Shown here piece by piece: positions 1-8,381 of a stretch of 37,889 bases of DNA (position 1 is its first letter; every line of letters starts with the position of its first letter). The DNA lies in sequence record SRR2962707_524. The stretch is one strand, 5' to 3'. The notes under the pieces were generated by a model. The model saw nothing but the letters and a program-made list of their open reading frames with translations. It was not told where the DNA came from and did no database searches. A program made the position numbers and the translations under genes.

Positions 1-39
1 ACGGCAGGGGTCACAGGTTCAATCCCTGTCACTGTCACA
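1..39 (+). tRNA. 3' half of a tRNA-Val-like sequence (partial, degenerate acceptor end; possible att-site remnant)
   Basis: ACGGCAG-GGGTC-ACAGG-TTCAATC-CCTGT-CAC gives the 3' anticodon-stem strand, variable loop and a perfect T-arm (13-17 pairs with 25-29), as in alphaproteobacterial tRNA-Val as I recall it. After ~32 it reads TGTCACAGG rather than GCCCACCA, so there is no CCA. The anticodon lies outside the window. Confidence 0.6.
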
Positions 40-195
40 GGCAACTTCAATTTGAGAATTTCCTTGAACCTTGCCGGAAACCTGAGCCCGCTTTCATATC
101 AATGGTCGCCTATTAGCAGGTGTCTGCCGACGGCCGGAAGGGGGCAGTTTGTGTTCAATCACGTACGAATGCCTACCTTGACACACCTCAGCGCA

Positions 196-214
196 ATTGA
201 TAATCAATCGCAAA
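196..214. promoter_or_regulatory. Fur-box-like iron-responsive operator overlapping the hemP/hmu promoter
   Basis: ATTGATAATCAATCGCAAA contains the 7-1-7 core TGATAAT-C-AATCGCA (198-212). TTGACA lies at 178-183, directly upstream of a heme uptake operon. Confidence 0.75.
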
Positions 215-233
215 TGGACATGATCTTGTTGAT

Positions 234-419
234 ATGGAGACCGATTTGACCCATGGCGAAATGGCGTCGTGTAACGAAGAGCGAAAGATCGCATGTGTCG
301 GGAACCGCATCGAAAGTGAGGAGCTGTTCCTCGATCAGCGAGAAATCGTGATCATGCACAACGACGAAGAGTACAGACTTAGCATTACGGGTAACCGGAA
401 GCTCATTTTAACCAAGTAA
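234..419 (+). CDS. hemP: Hemin uptake protein HemP/HmuP
   Basis: C-terminal SEELF..QREIVIMHNDEEYRLSITGNRKLILTK is the HemP signature. The start may instead be TTG 246 (after GGAGA) or ATG 261. Confidence 0.92.
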   Translation: METDLTHGEMASCNEERKIACVGNRIESEELFLDQREIVIMHNDEEYRLSITGNRKLILTK

Positions 420-425
420 GGCCAT

Positions 426-481
426 AGCAAGCCACCCAGGGAGCGGGTCCTCCGCCACCGATAGGCAGCAAGCCAAAGCCA
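426..481 (+). promoter_or_regulatory. AGCAAGCCA direct repeats in the receptor leader (HmuP-responsive-element-like)
   Basis: AGCAAGCCA at 426-434 and 467-475, plus AAGCCA at 476-481, between hemP and the receptor start. Confidence 0.55.
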
Positions 482-503
482 AAAAACCGAACGGAGAGAC
501 AGG

Positions 504-2519
504 ATGCAGAGATCCCTGCAACTGGCGTTCGCGGCTGGCTTGTTGTTCTCAACAAGTTTGTCCAGCGCCAAAGTACAAGCACAGGAACCGACGACTACTG
601 CGGAAGAAGTGACGGTATATGCGACTCGAAGTGCGCAACCGTCGTTTGATGTTCCGGCTCTGGTCAGCCGTGTCGACGCCGACGCGCCCGGCAACGCAAG
701 CGCCGGCACCCTTTCCGATTTGCTTCAGTTCACACCCGGTGTGGAGGTGGAGAACGGTCCGCTGCGCAGCAGCCAGGTCGTCACGATCCGAGGCTTTGAT
801 GACGAAGCGATCGTCACCTTGGTCGACGGCCGACGGCAAAACTTCGAATCGGGTCACGACGGGCGCTTTTTCGTCGATACGAGCATCCTGAAATCGGTCG
901 AGGTGGTCCGTGGGAGTTCGTCGGCGAGCTACGGGGGCGGCGCCATTGGCGGTGTCGTCGCGTTTGAGACGAAGGATGCCGCCGACTTGCTGCAGCCGGG
1001 TCAGGACCGCGGCGTACTGTTATCCACATCATACCGCAGCGCCAGCAACGAACTGTCGCCAAGCGCGACGGTGTTTGGCCGTGCCGGGGACCTCGACATT
1101 CTCGCCAATCTGAACTTCATCCGCAGCGGCGACGTGGCGACTGGAGCGGACACGTTTATCAAGGCGAACGACCGGGTGCAGTCCGGGCTGTTCAAAGCGG
1201 GCTATACCTTCGCAGACTTCCATACGGTCAGGTTCAATGCCCAGGCACTGAATCATGACGCAACCGAGCCGTCGAACAGTTCGGAAAGTGAGAGCACGTC
1301 AAACACAACAGTCGACAAGGAAATCCGGGACCGCCAATTTGGCCTGTCGTATACCTTCGACAACCCCGATCAGCCGCTTCTGCAGCCCAAGGTGCATCTC
1401 TATCATAACCGCTCCGAAGTCGACGAGCTCAATATCGACGGCAGTAACGCCGGGCGTAACCGCAGCCGCAAGATGGAGACCCTGGGTTTGAGCGTCGACA
1501 ACAATTCCCGCTTCGATGTCACGGCGGATCAGACGCACACGCTTTCGATCGGTGCCGAGTATTACACCGACGACCAGACCAGTGGCTCCAACATGGGCAC
1601 CTATGGCGGTGTGCCGTCCGCCGAGGCCGAGAACTACGGCGTCTATCTTCAGGACAACGTCGAATGGCGCTCGCCCGCAGGGACGTTCAACCTGATCCCA
1701 GCTGTTCGCTTCGACAGTTATCAGAGTGAGGACGAGGCCGGTAACTCGCAGGACGAAACCGCATTCTCGCCCAAGGTTTCACTGAGCTATAAGCCTGTTG
1801 AGTCGTTCATGGTCTACGGTAGCTGGTCGCGTGCGTTTCGGGCGCCCAACCTGACGGAGCTATATGCCAGCGGTACCCACTTTACGGCGGGCCCGTTCAC
1901 CAACGTCTTCATCGCCAACCCGGACCTGAAGCCCGAGACGGTCACGACATATGAAGCCGGCGCAGGGACGCGGCACAACGACATCTTCGCCGGTGGTGAC
2001 CGTTTCGAAGTCAAGGGAAGCTACTTCCTCAGCAAGGGTGACGATTTCATCGACCAAGAGGTTAACGGCACCACGTCCACGCAGTACGTCAACATATCGA
2101 AAGCGAGACTGTATGGCTGGGAAGTCCTGGGCACGTATACCGTAGGTGCCGTCAGCGCTAAAGTTGGTGCCAGTTATTCGACCGCGTCGAATGAAGAAAA
2201 CGGTCACGATCTCGGCAACAAGCGCCCGCTGCTGTTTCTGACCGACCTCAGCTATTCGCCCGATCGTCTAGACAGCACCTTCGGTTGGCGCTCTCGCATC
2301 GCGAAAAGGAACGACTCCAACGACAGCGCCATCACGTCGACTTCCGGGTACTGGGTCAACGACCTCTATTACAGATTCAAGGGCGATGACGGCGTGCTTG
2401 CCAATCTGACCGTCGATCTCGGGATCGAGAACGTGTTCGATACCGCGTATTCGGCGAACTTCGCCTCGTTATACGGTGAAGGGCGAAGCTACACGGCGAA
2501 GGTCAGCTACCAATGGTAG
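504..2519 (+). CDS. hmuR: TonB-dependent heme/hemoglobin receptor (HmuR/HemR/ShuA-like)
   Basis: Signal peptide, TonB-box-like EEVTVYAT, plug motif VEVVRGSSSASYGGGAIGGVV, FRAP (AFRAPNL) and NPNL-like (NPDLKPE) motifs with an intervening His (SGTHF), C-terminal Trp. Confidence 0.93.
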   Translation: MQRSLQLAFAAGLLFSTSLSSAKVQAQEPTTTAEEVTVYATRSAQPSFDVPALVSRVDADAPGNASAGTLSDLLQFTPGVEVENGPLRSSQVVTIRGFDDEAIVTLVDGRRQNFESGHDGRFFVDTSILKSVEVVRGSSSASYGGGAIGGVVAFETKDAADLLQPGQDRGVLLSTSYRSASNELSPSATVFGRAGDLDILANLNFIRSGDVATGADTFIKANDRVQSGLFKAGYTFADFHTVRFNAQALNHDATEPSNSSESESTSNTTVDKEIRDRQFGLSYTFDNPDQPLLQPKVHLYHNRSEVDELNIDGSNAGRNRSRKMETLGLSVDNNSRFDVTADQTHTLSIGAEYYTDDQTSGSNMGTYGGVPSAEAENYGVYLQDNVEWRSPAGTFNLIPAVRFDSYQSEDEAGNSQDETAFSPKVSLSYKPVESFMVYGSWSRAFRAPNLTELYASGTHFTAGPFTNVFIANPDLKPETVTTYEAGAGTRHNDIFAGGDRFEVKGSYFLSKGDDFIDQEVNGTTSTQYVNISKARLYGWEVLGTYTVGAVSAKVGASYSTASNEENGHDLGNKRPLLFLTDLSYSPDRLDSTFGWRSRIAKRNDSNDSAITSTSGYWVNDLYYRFKGDDGVLANLTVDLGIENVFDTAYSANFASLYGEGRSYTAKVSYQW

Positions 2520-2561
2520 CCCGGACCCGTCGTGTGCATGTGGTGATATAGGAACGCCACC

Positions 2562-3368
2562 GTGTACGCCTTGGCGATTACGCACCAGCAGCGCCCAGCC
2601 AGATGGCTTGTCTTTCTGGCTGGCGCCGTGTGCGTGCTTCAGGCGGGGCTGGCGGCGATGCCGCTGGAGCGGACCCGCGAACCCGCAGTCGAAGTGCCGC
2701 AGTTGCGCGTGACCCTGCAGACCCGGGCTGCGCCGCTGCGCGCAATCGAACCCAAGCCCGCCGACGCGCCTGCACTGCAGGCGAGCTCACCGCTGCCGCG
2801 CATCGAATCAATGCCAGCCGCGCTCAAGAAAGTTGCCCCGGTGCCGAAGACGAAAATGCCCCCTGAAACCGTTACGCCGCCGCCCGAACCTGCGCTCACT
2901 GCGGTGCGCCTGGTCCGCAAGCCGCCGGTGCCGGCACCAGCCGCCGAGCGACCGCGACCGGAAGCGGCAACTCCGGTAGCGATGGAAGAACCGGCGCCGC
3001 CAAAGAGGGTTGCCGTCGATGCGCCGCCGCTACCCGAACCCGACGATTCTCCGGACAACGGAGCATCCATAAAGACACAAACCGCGGCCGTCGTTGAAGA
3101 GGCGCGATACAGGAAACAGACGCCGCCGGTCTACCCGCGCCGCTCGCTCGACCTCGGAGAACAGGGCGTCGTCATGCTGCACGTCGCGGTGTTGCCGAGC
3201 GGCGACCCGGACGAGGTCAAGGTACAGGCGTCGTCGGGGTTTCGGCGACTTGATCTGGCGGCCATGGCGGCGGTCAGGAAATGGGAGTTCGAACCCGTGC
3301 TGGCACGGGGTGAACGAAAGATCACGTGGGTCCGCGTACCCGTACGTTTTGTCATTCGCAACAACTGA
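2562..3368 (+). CDS. tonB: Energy transducer TonB
   Basis: N-terminal TM anchor, Pro-rich linker, C-terminal domain PPVYPRRS..GEQGVV..SSGFRRLD..AVRKWEFEP..VPVRF. Confidence 0.9.
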   Translation: MYALAITHQQRPARWLVFLAGAVCVLQAGLAAMPLERTREPAVEVPQLRVTLQTRAAPLRAIEPKPADAPALQASSPLPRIESMPAALKKVAPVPKTKMPPETVTPPPEPALTAVRLVRKPPVPAPAAERPRPEAATPVAMEEPAPPKRVAVDAPPLPEPDDSPDNGASIKTQTAAVVEEARYRKQTPPVYPRRSLDLGEQGVVMLHVAVLPSGDPDEVKVQASSGFRRLDLAAMAAVRKWEFEPVLARGERKITWVRVPVRFVIRNN

Positions 3369-3385
3369 ATACTAGGAGAATTAAG

Positions 3386-4441
3386 ATGCTGGTCGATGAA
3401 ATTAGGGAAAAACGAGAGTCGTTGATTACGGACAACCGCCAGATGCGGGCGCGCAACCTGGCGCAAGAACTCGGCATCTCGGAGGCGGAGCTTCTGGCGG
3501 CGCAGACGGGCGAGCGGATCGTGCGGTTACGCAACAAGCCTGAGGACATCCTCGAAAGCCTTGAGCCGCTCGGCGAGGTCATGGCGTTGACGCGGAACGA
3601 AGCCTGCGTTCACGAGCGTAAAGGTGTCTACGAGGGGGGAAGTTTCAACCGTCACGGCAAGATGGTCATCGGGCTGTTCAACAATCCGGACATCGATCTC
3701 CGGCTGTTCATGAACCACTGGACATTCGCCTACGCTGTCGAGGAGAACGAGCGGCACAGCCTGCAGTTTTTCGATAAATCCGGCACCGCCGTGCACAAGG
3801 TTTACCTGACAGGTAAGTCGGACAAAGCCGCGTTCGACCGTTTGGTGGAGCGCTTTCGCGCCGTCGAGCAGAACCCGGCGATCGCCGTCGAGGCCTATGC
3901 CGAGCCGGACTCAGATCCCGATGACGATGCCGTCGACTGGTCGGCGTTTCGTGAAGCGTGGGAAAACCTGGGCGACGTCCACAACTTCTTTCCTATGTTG
4001 CGCAAGTTCAAGGTCGGTCGGGAGCAGGCTTTCCGCCGGATCGGTGCCGACTTCGCGTACCGGGTCGGCAACGGTGCGGCGCGCCAGGTGCTCGAACAGG
4101 CGCGCGATAAGGACTGTGAAATCATGGTGTTCGTCGGCAACCGCGGCTGCATCCAGATTCATGCCGGTCCGGTCCGCAAGCTCGTTGAGCACGGATCATG
4201 GTTCAACGTGCTGGACCCCATGTTCAACCTGCACTTGGACGAGGATAAGATCGCGCGGACATGGGTTACGCGGAAGCCGACCGACGACGGCATCATCACC
4301 GCCGTCGAGTTGTTCGATCATCAAGGCGAGCTGATCGTGACGTTCTTTGGCAAGCGCAAGCCCGGCATTCCCGAACTGCCGCTCTGGCGCGAGATCGTCG
4401 GCGGGGTGCCGGCCGAGGAGCCAAGCAATGGAGATCATTGA
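3386..4441 (+). CDS. hmuS: Hemin-degrading/trafficking factor HmuS/ChuS/HemS
   Basis: RARNLA..LGISEAEL, VMALTRNEACVHERKG, IDLRLF, SLQFFD..G.AVHKVY, GNRGCIQIH, FFGKRKPG. RBS AGGAG precedes ATG 3386. Confidence 0.95.
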   Translation: MLVDEIREKRESLITDNRQMRARNLAQELGISEAELLAAQTGERIVRLRNKPEDILESLEPLGEVMALTRNEACVHERKGVYEGGSFNRHGKMVIGLFNNPDIDLRLFMNHWTFAYAVEENERHSLQFFDKSGTAVHKVYLTGKSDKAAFDRLVERFRAVEQNPAIAVEAYAEPDSDPDDDAVDWSAFREAWENLGDVHNFFPMLRKFKVGREQAFRRIGADFAYRVGNGAARQVLEQARDKDCEIMVFVGNRGCIQIHAGPVRKLVEHGSWFNVLDPMFNLHLDEDKIARTWVTRKPTDDGIITAVELFDHQGELIVTFFGKRKPGIPELPLWREIVGGVPAEEPSNGDH

Positions 4442-5021
4442 CGCGGTATTGTTCATGGAAGGATTGATCACGGCCGGAGCCGGCTGGTTTGATACGCTGG
4501 GGCTGATGGCCTGGCCGCTCGCCCTTTGTGCTTTGGCTGTCGCCGCGATCATGCTGGAGAGGGTGTTTTTCTTCATCACCCTGTCGTTTCGATGGCGGGC
4601 CTACAAGGCGAACACGTCAGCGCGGGTTGCCGGCTTAAAGGATTATCCGAAGGCGGTGCGCGACGAGATCGCCTCGCAGATGCTGGCGGATGCACAGGCG
4701 TCCTATTTCACCGGGATACCACTGTTACGGACCATCTCGGTGATCAGTCCGCTGCTGGGTCTGTTGGGCACGATCCTGGGCGTTATTTCTGCTTTCAAGG
4801 TGATCGCCGCACGGACCGGACCGGTATCGCCCAACTTGATCGCCGACGGTCTGTGGGAAGCGATGCTGACCACGGCAGCCGGTCTGTTGATTGCCTTGCC
4901 GGCGATTTTGGCGGCGTACGTCGTCCGCTATTTCGGTGAACATCTGCTGCGTTCCGTGGGGCGCGAGATGAATCGCCTGTCGCTCGAATACGAAATGGCA
5001 AAGTACGAGGTGACACCGTGA
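4428..5021 (+). CDS. exbB: ExbB (MotA/TolQ/ExbB proton channel)
   Basis: SPLLGLLGTILGVISAF and GLWEAMLTTAAGLLIALPA motifs. GAGGAG precedes ATG 4428. Confidence 0.9.
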   Translation: MEIIDAVLFMEGLITAGAGWFDTLGLMAWPLALCALAVAAIMLERVFFFITLSFRWRAYKANTSARVAGLKDYPKAVRDEIASQMLADAQASYFTGIPLLRTISVISPLLGLLGTILGVISAFKVIAARTGPVSPNLIADGLWEAMLTTAAGLLIALPAILAAYVVRYFGEHLLRSVGREMNRLSLEYEMAKYEVTP

Positions 5022-5440
5022 TTCGCGCACCTGTTGATCAGGTAGACGCCAGCGGTCCCCAGGCACCGGATTTGACGCCGATGCTCGACATTCTCTTTAT
5101 CCTGCTGGTGTTCTTCCTGTTGACGGCGGGTGCCGTGTTTCAGGCCATGGACCTGACCTTGCCTGAAACCGTGGCCGAAGACTTGCATCCTCCCGCAGCC
5201 GAGGCGCCGCTGATCCTGGAGATCCGCTCAACCGGGTATGCCGTCGACGGAGAAGCGATGGCATCGTTCGACACGCTCATAGTCAAGCTCGCGGCGGCGA
5301 TCCGAGCCGCACCTGCGCGCGAAATCGTCGTCGCCGGTGACAAGGACGCGTCGATCCAGCGGCTGCTTCGGCTGCTCAACCATCTGCGCACCGAGGGCGT
5401 CGAAGCCGCCAACATTCTCATGAAAAAGGAACTTCAATGA
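5018..5440 (+). CDS. exbD: ExbD/TolR biopolymer transporter
   Basis: DLTPMLDILFILLVFFLLT and AGDK motifs. GTGA overlap with exbB. Confidence 0.92.
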   Translation: MIRAPVDQVDASGPQAPDLTPMLDILFILLVFFLLTAGAVFQAMDLTLPETVAEDLHPPAAEAPLILEIRSTGYAVDGEAMASFDTLIVKLAAAIRAAPAREIVVAGDKDASIQRLLRLLNHLRTEGVEAANILMKKELQ

Positions 5441-6276
5441 TGCGAACTCTGATTGCTGCCGTATTCGTGCTGGTGCTGGCCGCTCAAGCCCATGCGGCGC
5501 CGGCGACGCGCATCGTTTCGGTTGGTGGGGCGGTGACGGAAATCCTGTTCGCGCTCGGCGCCAACGACCGTATCGTCGGTAACGACACCACCAGCACCTA
5601 TCCACCGGCGGCCATAAATATGCCTAAGGTCGGTTACATGCGGGCCCTCTCGACCGAGGGCATTCTTTCGCTCAATCCCGATCTCATTATTCTCACCGAA
5701 GAGGCAGGCCCGCCGCCGGTGATCGCCCAGTTGCGGGCGACGGGCGTCGAGATGCTGCGCCTGACGGCAGCGCGGTCGCTCGATGACATCACCGCGAACG
5801 TGGCCCGGATCGCGGTACGGCTTGGGATCGGCGATGCAGGCCGTGCTCTCAATGCGGAGATTGATCGAGCCCACGAAAAACTGACCAAGGCCGTCGCGGC
5901 GATACCGGCGTCGTCCAGCGTCATGTTCGTTCTCAATCACGGCGGCGGCACGCCGATGGTGTCGGGTACGGATACCGCAGCCGATGCGATGATCGTGCTG
6001 GCCGGTGGGCGCAATGCAGTTGCCGGTTATACGGGGTACAAACCGCTGACACCCGAAGCGGCGATCGACCTGCAGCCGGACGTCATCCTCGTCACCAGCG
6101 AGGGACTTGTGGCTGCCGGTGGCGCCAAGGCGTTCCGTGACATGCCCGGCATCAATATGACCGAGGCTGCGAAACAAGGCCGCATCGTCTCCATGGACGC
6201 GCTCTATTTGTTGGGCTTTGGACCGCGCACGGCGGATGCGGCGCTGGAACTACACAGCCGCCTGGTGACGGAATGA
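5437..6276 (+). CDS. hmuT: Heme ABC transporter periplasmic binding protein
   Basis: RIVSVGGAVTEILFALG, DTTSTYP, VGYMRALSTEGILSL (heme-ligating Tyr), LLGFGPRT. Confidence 0.93.
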   Translation: MMRTLIAAVFVLVLAAQAHAAPATRIVSVGGAVTEILFALGANDRIVGNDTTSTYPPAAINMPKVGYMRALSTEGILSLNPDLIILTEEAGPPPVIAQLRATGVEMLRLTAARSLDDITANVARIAVRLGIGDAGRALNAEIDRAHEKLTKAVAAIPASSSVMFVLNHGGGTPMVSGTDTAADAMIVLAGGRNAVAGYTGYKPLTPEAAIDLQPDVILVTSEGLVAAGGAKAFRDMPGINMTEAAKQGRIVSMDALYLLGFGPRTADAALELHSRLVTE

Positions 6277-7316
6277 CCAGCAGCGCCGATGTTTCCGGCG
6301 CCACGGCGCCTGTCGTTTCGCGCCACGTGCGTGCCGGCGTGCTGTTCTTCGCAGCGCTATGCCTGGCGGGCCTGGTCGGGGTCACGGTCGGTGCGATCGA
6401 GATTCCGCTGCCGCTGCTCGTCAGTGCCCAATTGACGCCGCTGCAGGAAACCGTATTCGCGCATATCCGTTTGCCGCGCGTCGTGCTTGCCGGTCTGGTC
6501 GGCGCCGGGCTCGCTGTATCCGGTGCGGCGATGCAGGGTCTTTTCCGAAACCCGCTGGCCGACCCCGGCCTGATCGGGGTGTCTAGCGGCGCGGCACTGG
6601 CCGTCGGCCTGTTGATCGTTGTCGGTGGCGATCTGTCCGGTCTGCTCGGTATTTACAGTCTCAGCATTGCAGCTTTCATAGGCGGCCTGGCGGCTTCTGC
6701 GATGATTTTTCGTATCGCTGCCGCGTCGGGGATGTTTTCGGTAACGTATCTGTTGCTGGCCGGGATCGCCATCAATGCGCTGTCGGTCGCGGGGATCGGT
6801 TTCCTGACGTTCCTCAGCGACGACCAGCAGCTGAGGACCTTTACCTTCTGGACCATGGGCAGCCTGGGCGGCGCGCTGTGGACCAAGGTTATCGTCGCGG
6901 CGAGCATTATCGTCCCGATGGTGCTGGTCATCGCGCGGTTCGCTAAAAGCCTCAACGTTCTCATGCTGGGTGAGAGCGAGGCAGCGTACCTTGGGATCGA
7001 TACCAGGCGACTGAAGAAAACCGTGGTGATCTCGGCCGCCATGTGCGTCGGCGCCTCTGTCGCCGTCAGCGGCCTGATCGGGTTCATCGGTCTGCTGGTC
7101 CCGCATCTGATCCGGCTCATGGTTACATCCGATCACCGGCGCCTGATTCCTCTCTCGGCGGTGTTCGGGGCCACGCTGCTGATCCTCGCCGATACCGGGG
7201 CGCGGATCATCGTGCAACCCGCGGAGATGCCGGTCGGCGTGCTGACCAGCATGATCGGCGGACCGTTCTTTTTATGGTTGCTGATGCGCCAGTTCTCGGA
7301 TCGGGTCGGCGTATGA
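6273..7316 (+). CDS. hmuU: Heme ABC transporter permease (FecCD family)
   Basis: IRLPRV, QGLFRNPLADPGLIGVSSGA, IGFIGLLVPHLIR, PAEMPVG..GGPFF. Confidence 0.93.
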   Translation: MTSSADVSGATAPVVSRHVRAGVLFFAALCLAGLVGVTVGAIEIPLPLLVSAQLTPLQETVFAHIRLPRVVLAGLVGAGLAVSGAAMQGLFRNPLADPGLIGVSSGAALAVGLLIVVGGDLSGLLGIYSLSIAAFIGGLAASAMIFRIAAASGMFSVTYLLLAGIAINALSVAGIGFLTFLSDDQQLRTFTFWTMGSLGGALWTKVIVAASIIVPMVLVIARFAKSLNVLMLGESEAAYLGIDTRRLKKTVVISAAMCVGASVAVSGLIGFIGLLVPHLIRLMVTSDHRRLIPLSAVFGATLLILADTGARIIVQPAEMPVGVLTSMIGGPFFLWLLMRQFSDRVGV

Positions 7317-8059
7317 TCCGGGGGCAGGGCATATCCGTCCGCATCGGTGCAGCACGCATCCTAGATGGCGTCGATGTCGCGATCGAAGCCGGCGAAGTGC
7401 TGGCCGTGCTGGGCCCCAACGGGGCCGGCAAGTCGACCCTTCTGAAGGTGCTCACCGGCATGCTGGCACCGGACACTGGCGACGTGACCTTCATGGGCCG
7501 TCCGCTGTCGTCGTACGATGCGCGAGACTTGGCAACACGCCGCGCGGTGTTGTCGCAGGCGACGCCGATCAATTTCCCGTTTTCCGTCACAGAAGTGGTG
7601 GGTATCGGGCGCACGCCCTTTACCGGACGCCGCGAAAGCGCGATTGACGTGCGTATCGTTGAGGACGTACTGGCGCGGGTCGAGGCATATCACCTGAAAG
7701 ACCGGCTCTATGTTTCGCTGTCCGGCGGCGAGCAGCAGCGCGTGCAGTTCGCGCGTGTGCTGGCACAGGTCTGGGACCGACCTGAAGCGTGCCTGTTCCT
7801 GGACGAACCAACGGCAGCCATGGACCTCAAGCAACAGATGGCGATCGTCGGCATCGCACGTGAGTTGGCGCTCGATCGCGGATTCGCGGTGTTCACCATC
7901 GTTCACGACCTGATACTGGCGCGGCAATTCGCAGATCGTGTCCTGTTCCTCAAGGATGGTTGCGTCGCACGCGCCGGTCCGGTTGATGGCAATATGAATG
8001 TGGAGACAATTGTTTCCGTCTACGGCATACCGGCCCGCGTGGCGGCAAACTATGTCTGA
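7313..8059 (+). CDS. hmuV: Heme ABC transporter ATP-binding protein
   Basis: Walker A GPNGAGKST, signature LSGGEQQRVQFARVLAQ, Walker B LFLDEPT. ATG 7313 overlaps the hmuU stop (ATGA). Confidence 0.93.
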   Translation: MIRGQGISVRIGAARILDGVDVAIEAGEVLAVLGPNGAGKSTLLKVLTGMLAPDTGDVTFMGRPLSSYDARDLATRRAVLSQATPINFPFSVTEVVGIGRTPFTGRRESAIDVRIVEDVLARVEAYHLKDRLYVSLSGGEQQRVQFARVLAQVWDRPEACLFLDEPTAAMDLKQQMAIVGIARELALDRGFAVFTIVHDLILARQFADRVLFLKDGCVARAGPVDGNMNVETIVSVYGIPARVAANYV

Positions 8060-8097
8060 CGGTTGTTACATACATCCTGCGTGCAGTGAATTTAAGA

Positions 8098-8262
8098 ACC
8101 GCTGCCGTGTTCGAACGTACCCGGGAAAATGGCCTGGTGATGTCGAAATCGGGGAACTTCCGCAATGTGCTCAGAATGGTGCCGCCGCTCTGCCTGTCGA
8201 TCGATGATGTTGACCCGGTGATCGATGGTCTCGACAAGTCCTTTGCGGGTATCGACGCCTGA
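8098..8262 (+). pseudogene. C-terminal remnant of a class-III (PLP) aminotransferase
   Basis: Manual translation gives TAAVFERTRENGLVMSKSGNFRNVLRMVPPLCLSIDDVDPVIDGLDKSFAGIDA*, resembling the G-L-x-x-x-x-x-G..NVLR..PPL C-terminal small domain. The rest of the gene is absent. Confidence 0.7.
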
Positions 8263-8381
8263 CGCGGACTGCCATCACGCGATTAGCTTAGAACTTGTTG
8301 AGCGCATTTTCTTCCTAGAAGCTGCGGTGATATAGATATGGACTGAAATCGCTTTTCGGTTTTGGACGTAGGAATTGTCAA

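Noticed and set aside
52-294. Short ORFs 52-249 (+) and 94-294 (-)
   Set aside because: They overlap the promoter/Fur box and have no RBS or family features.
2760-3060. Pro/Ala-rich low-complexity stretch
   Set aside because: Normal TonB periplasmic linker, not a DNA repeat element.
5434-7217. Long antisense ORFs (247 aa, 286 aa) over hmuT/hmuU
   Set aside because: They fully overlap well-supported genes and have no recognisable domains.
7998-8207. 69-aa ORF after hmuV
   Set aside because: A different frame (8098-8262) carries the recognisable aminotransferase remnant.
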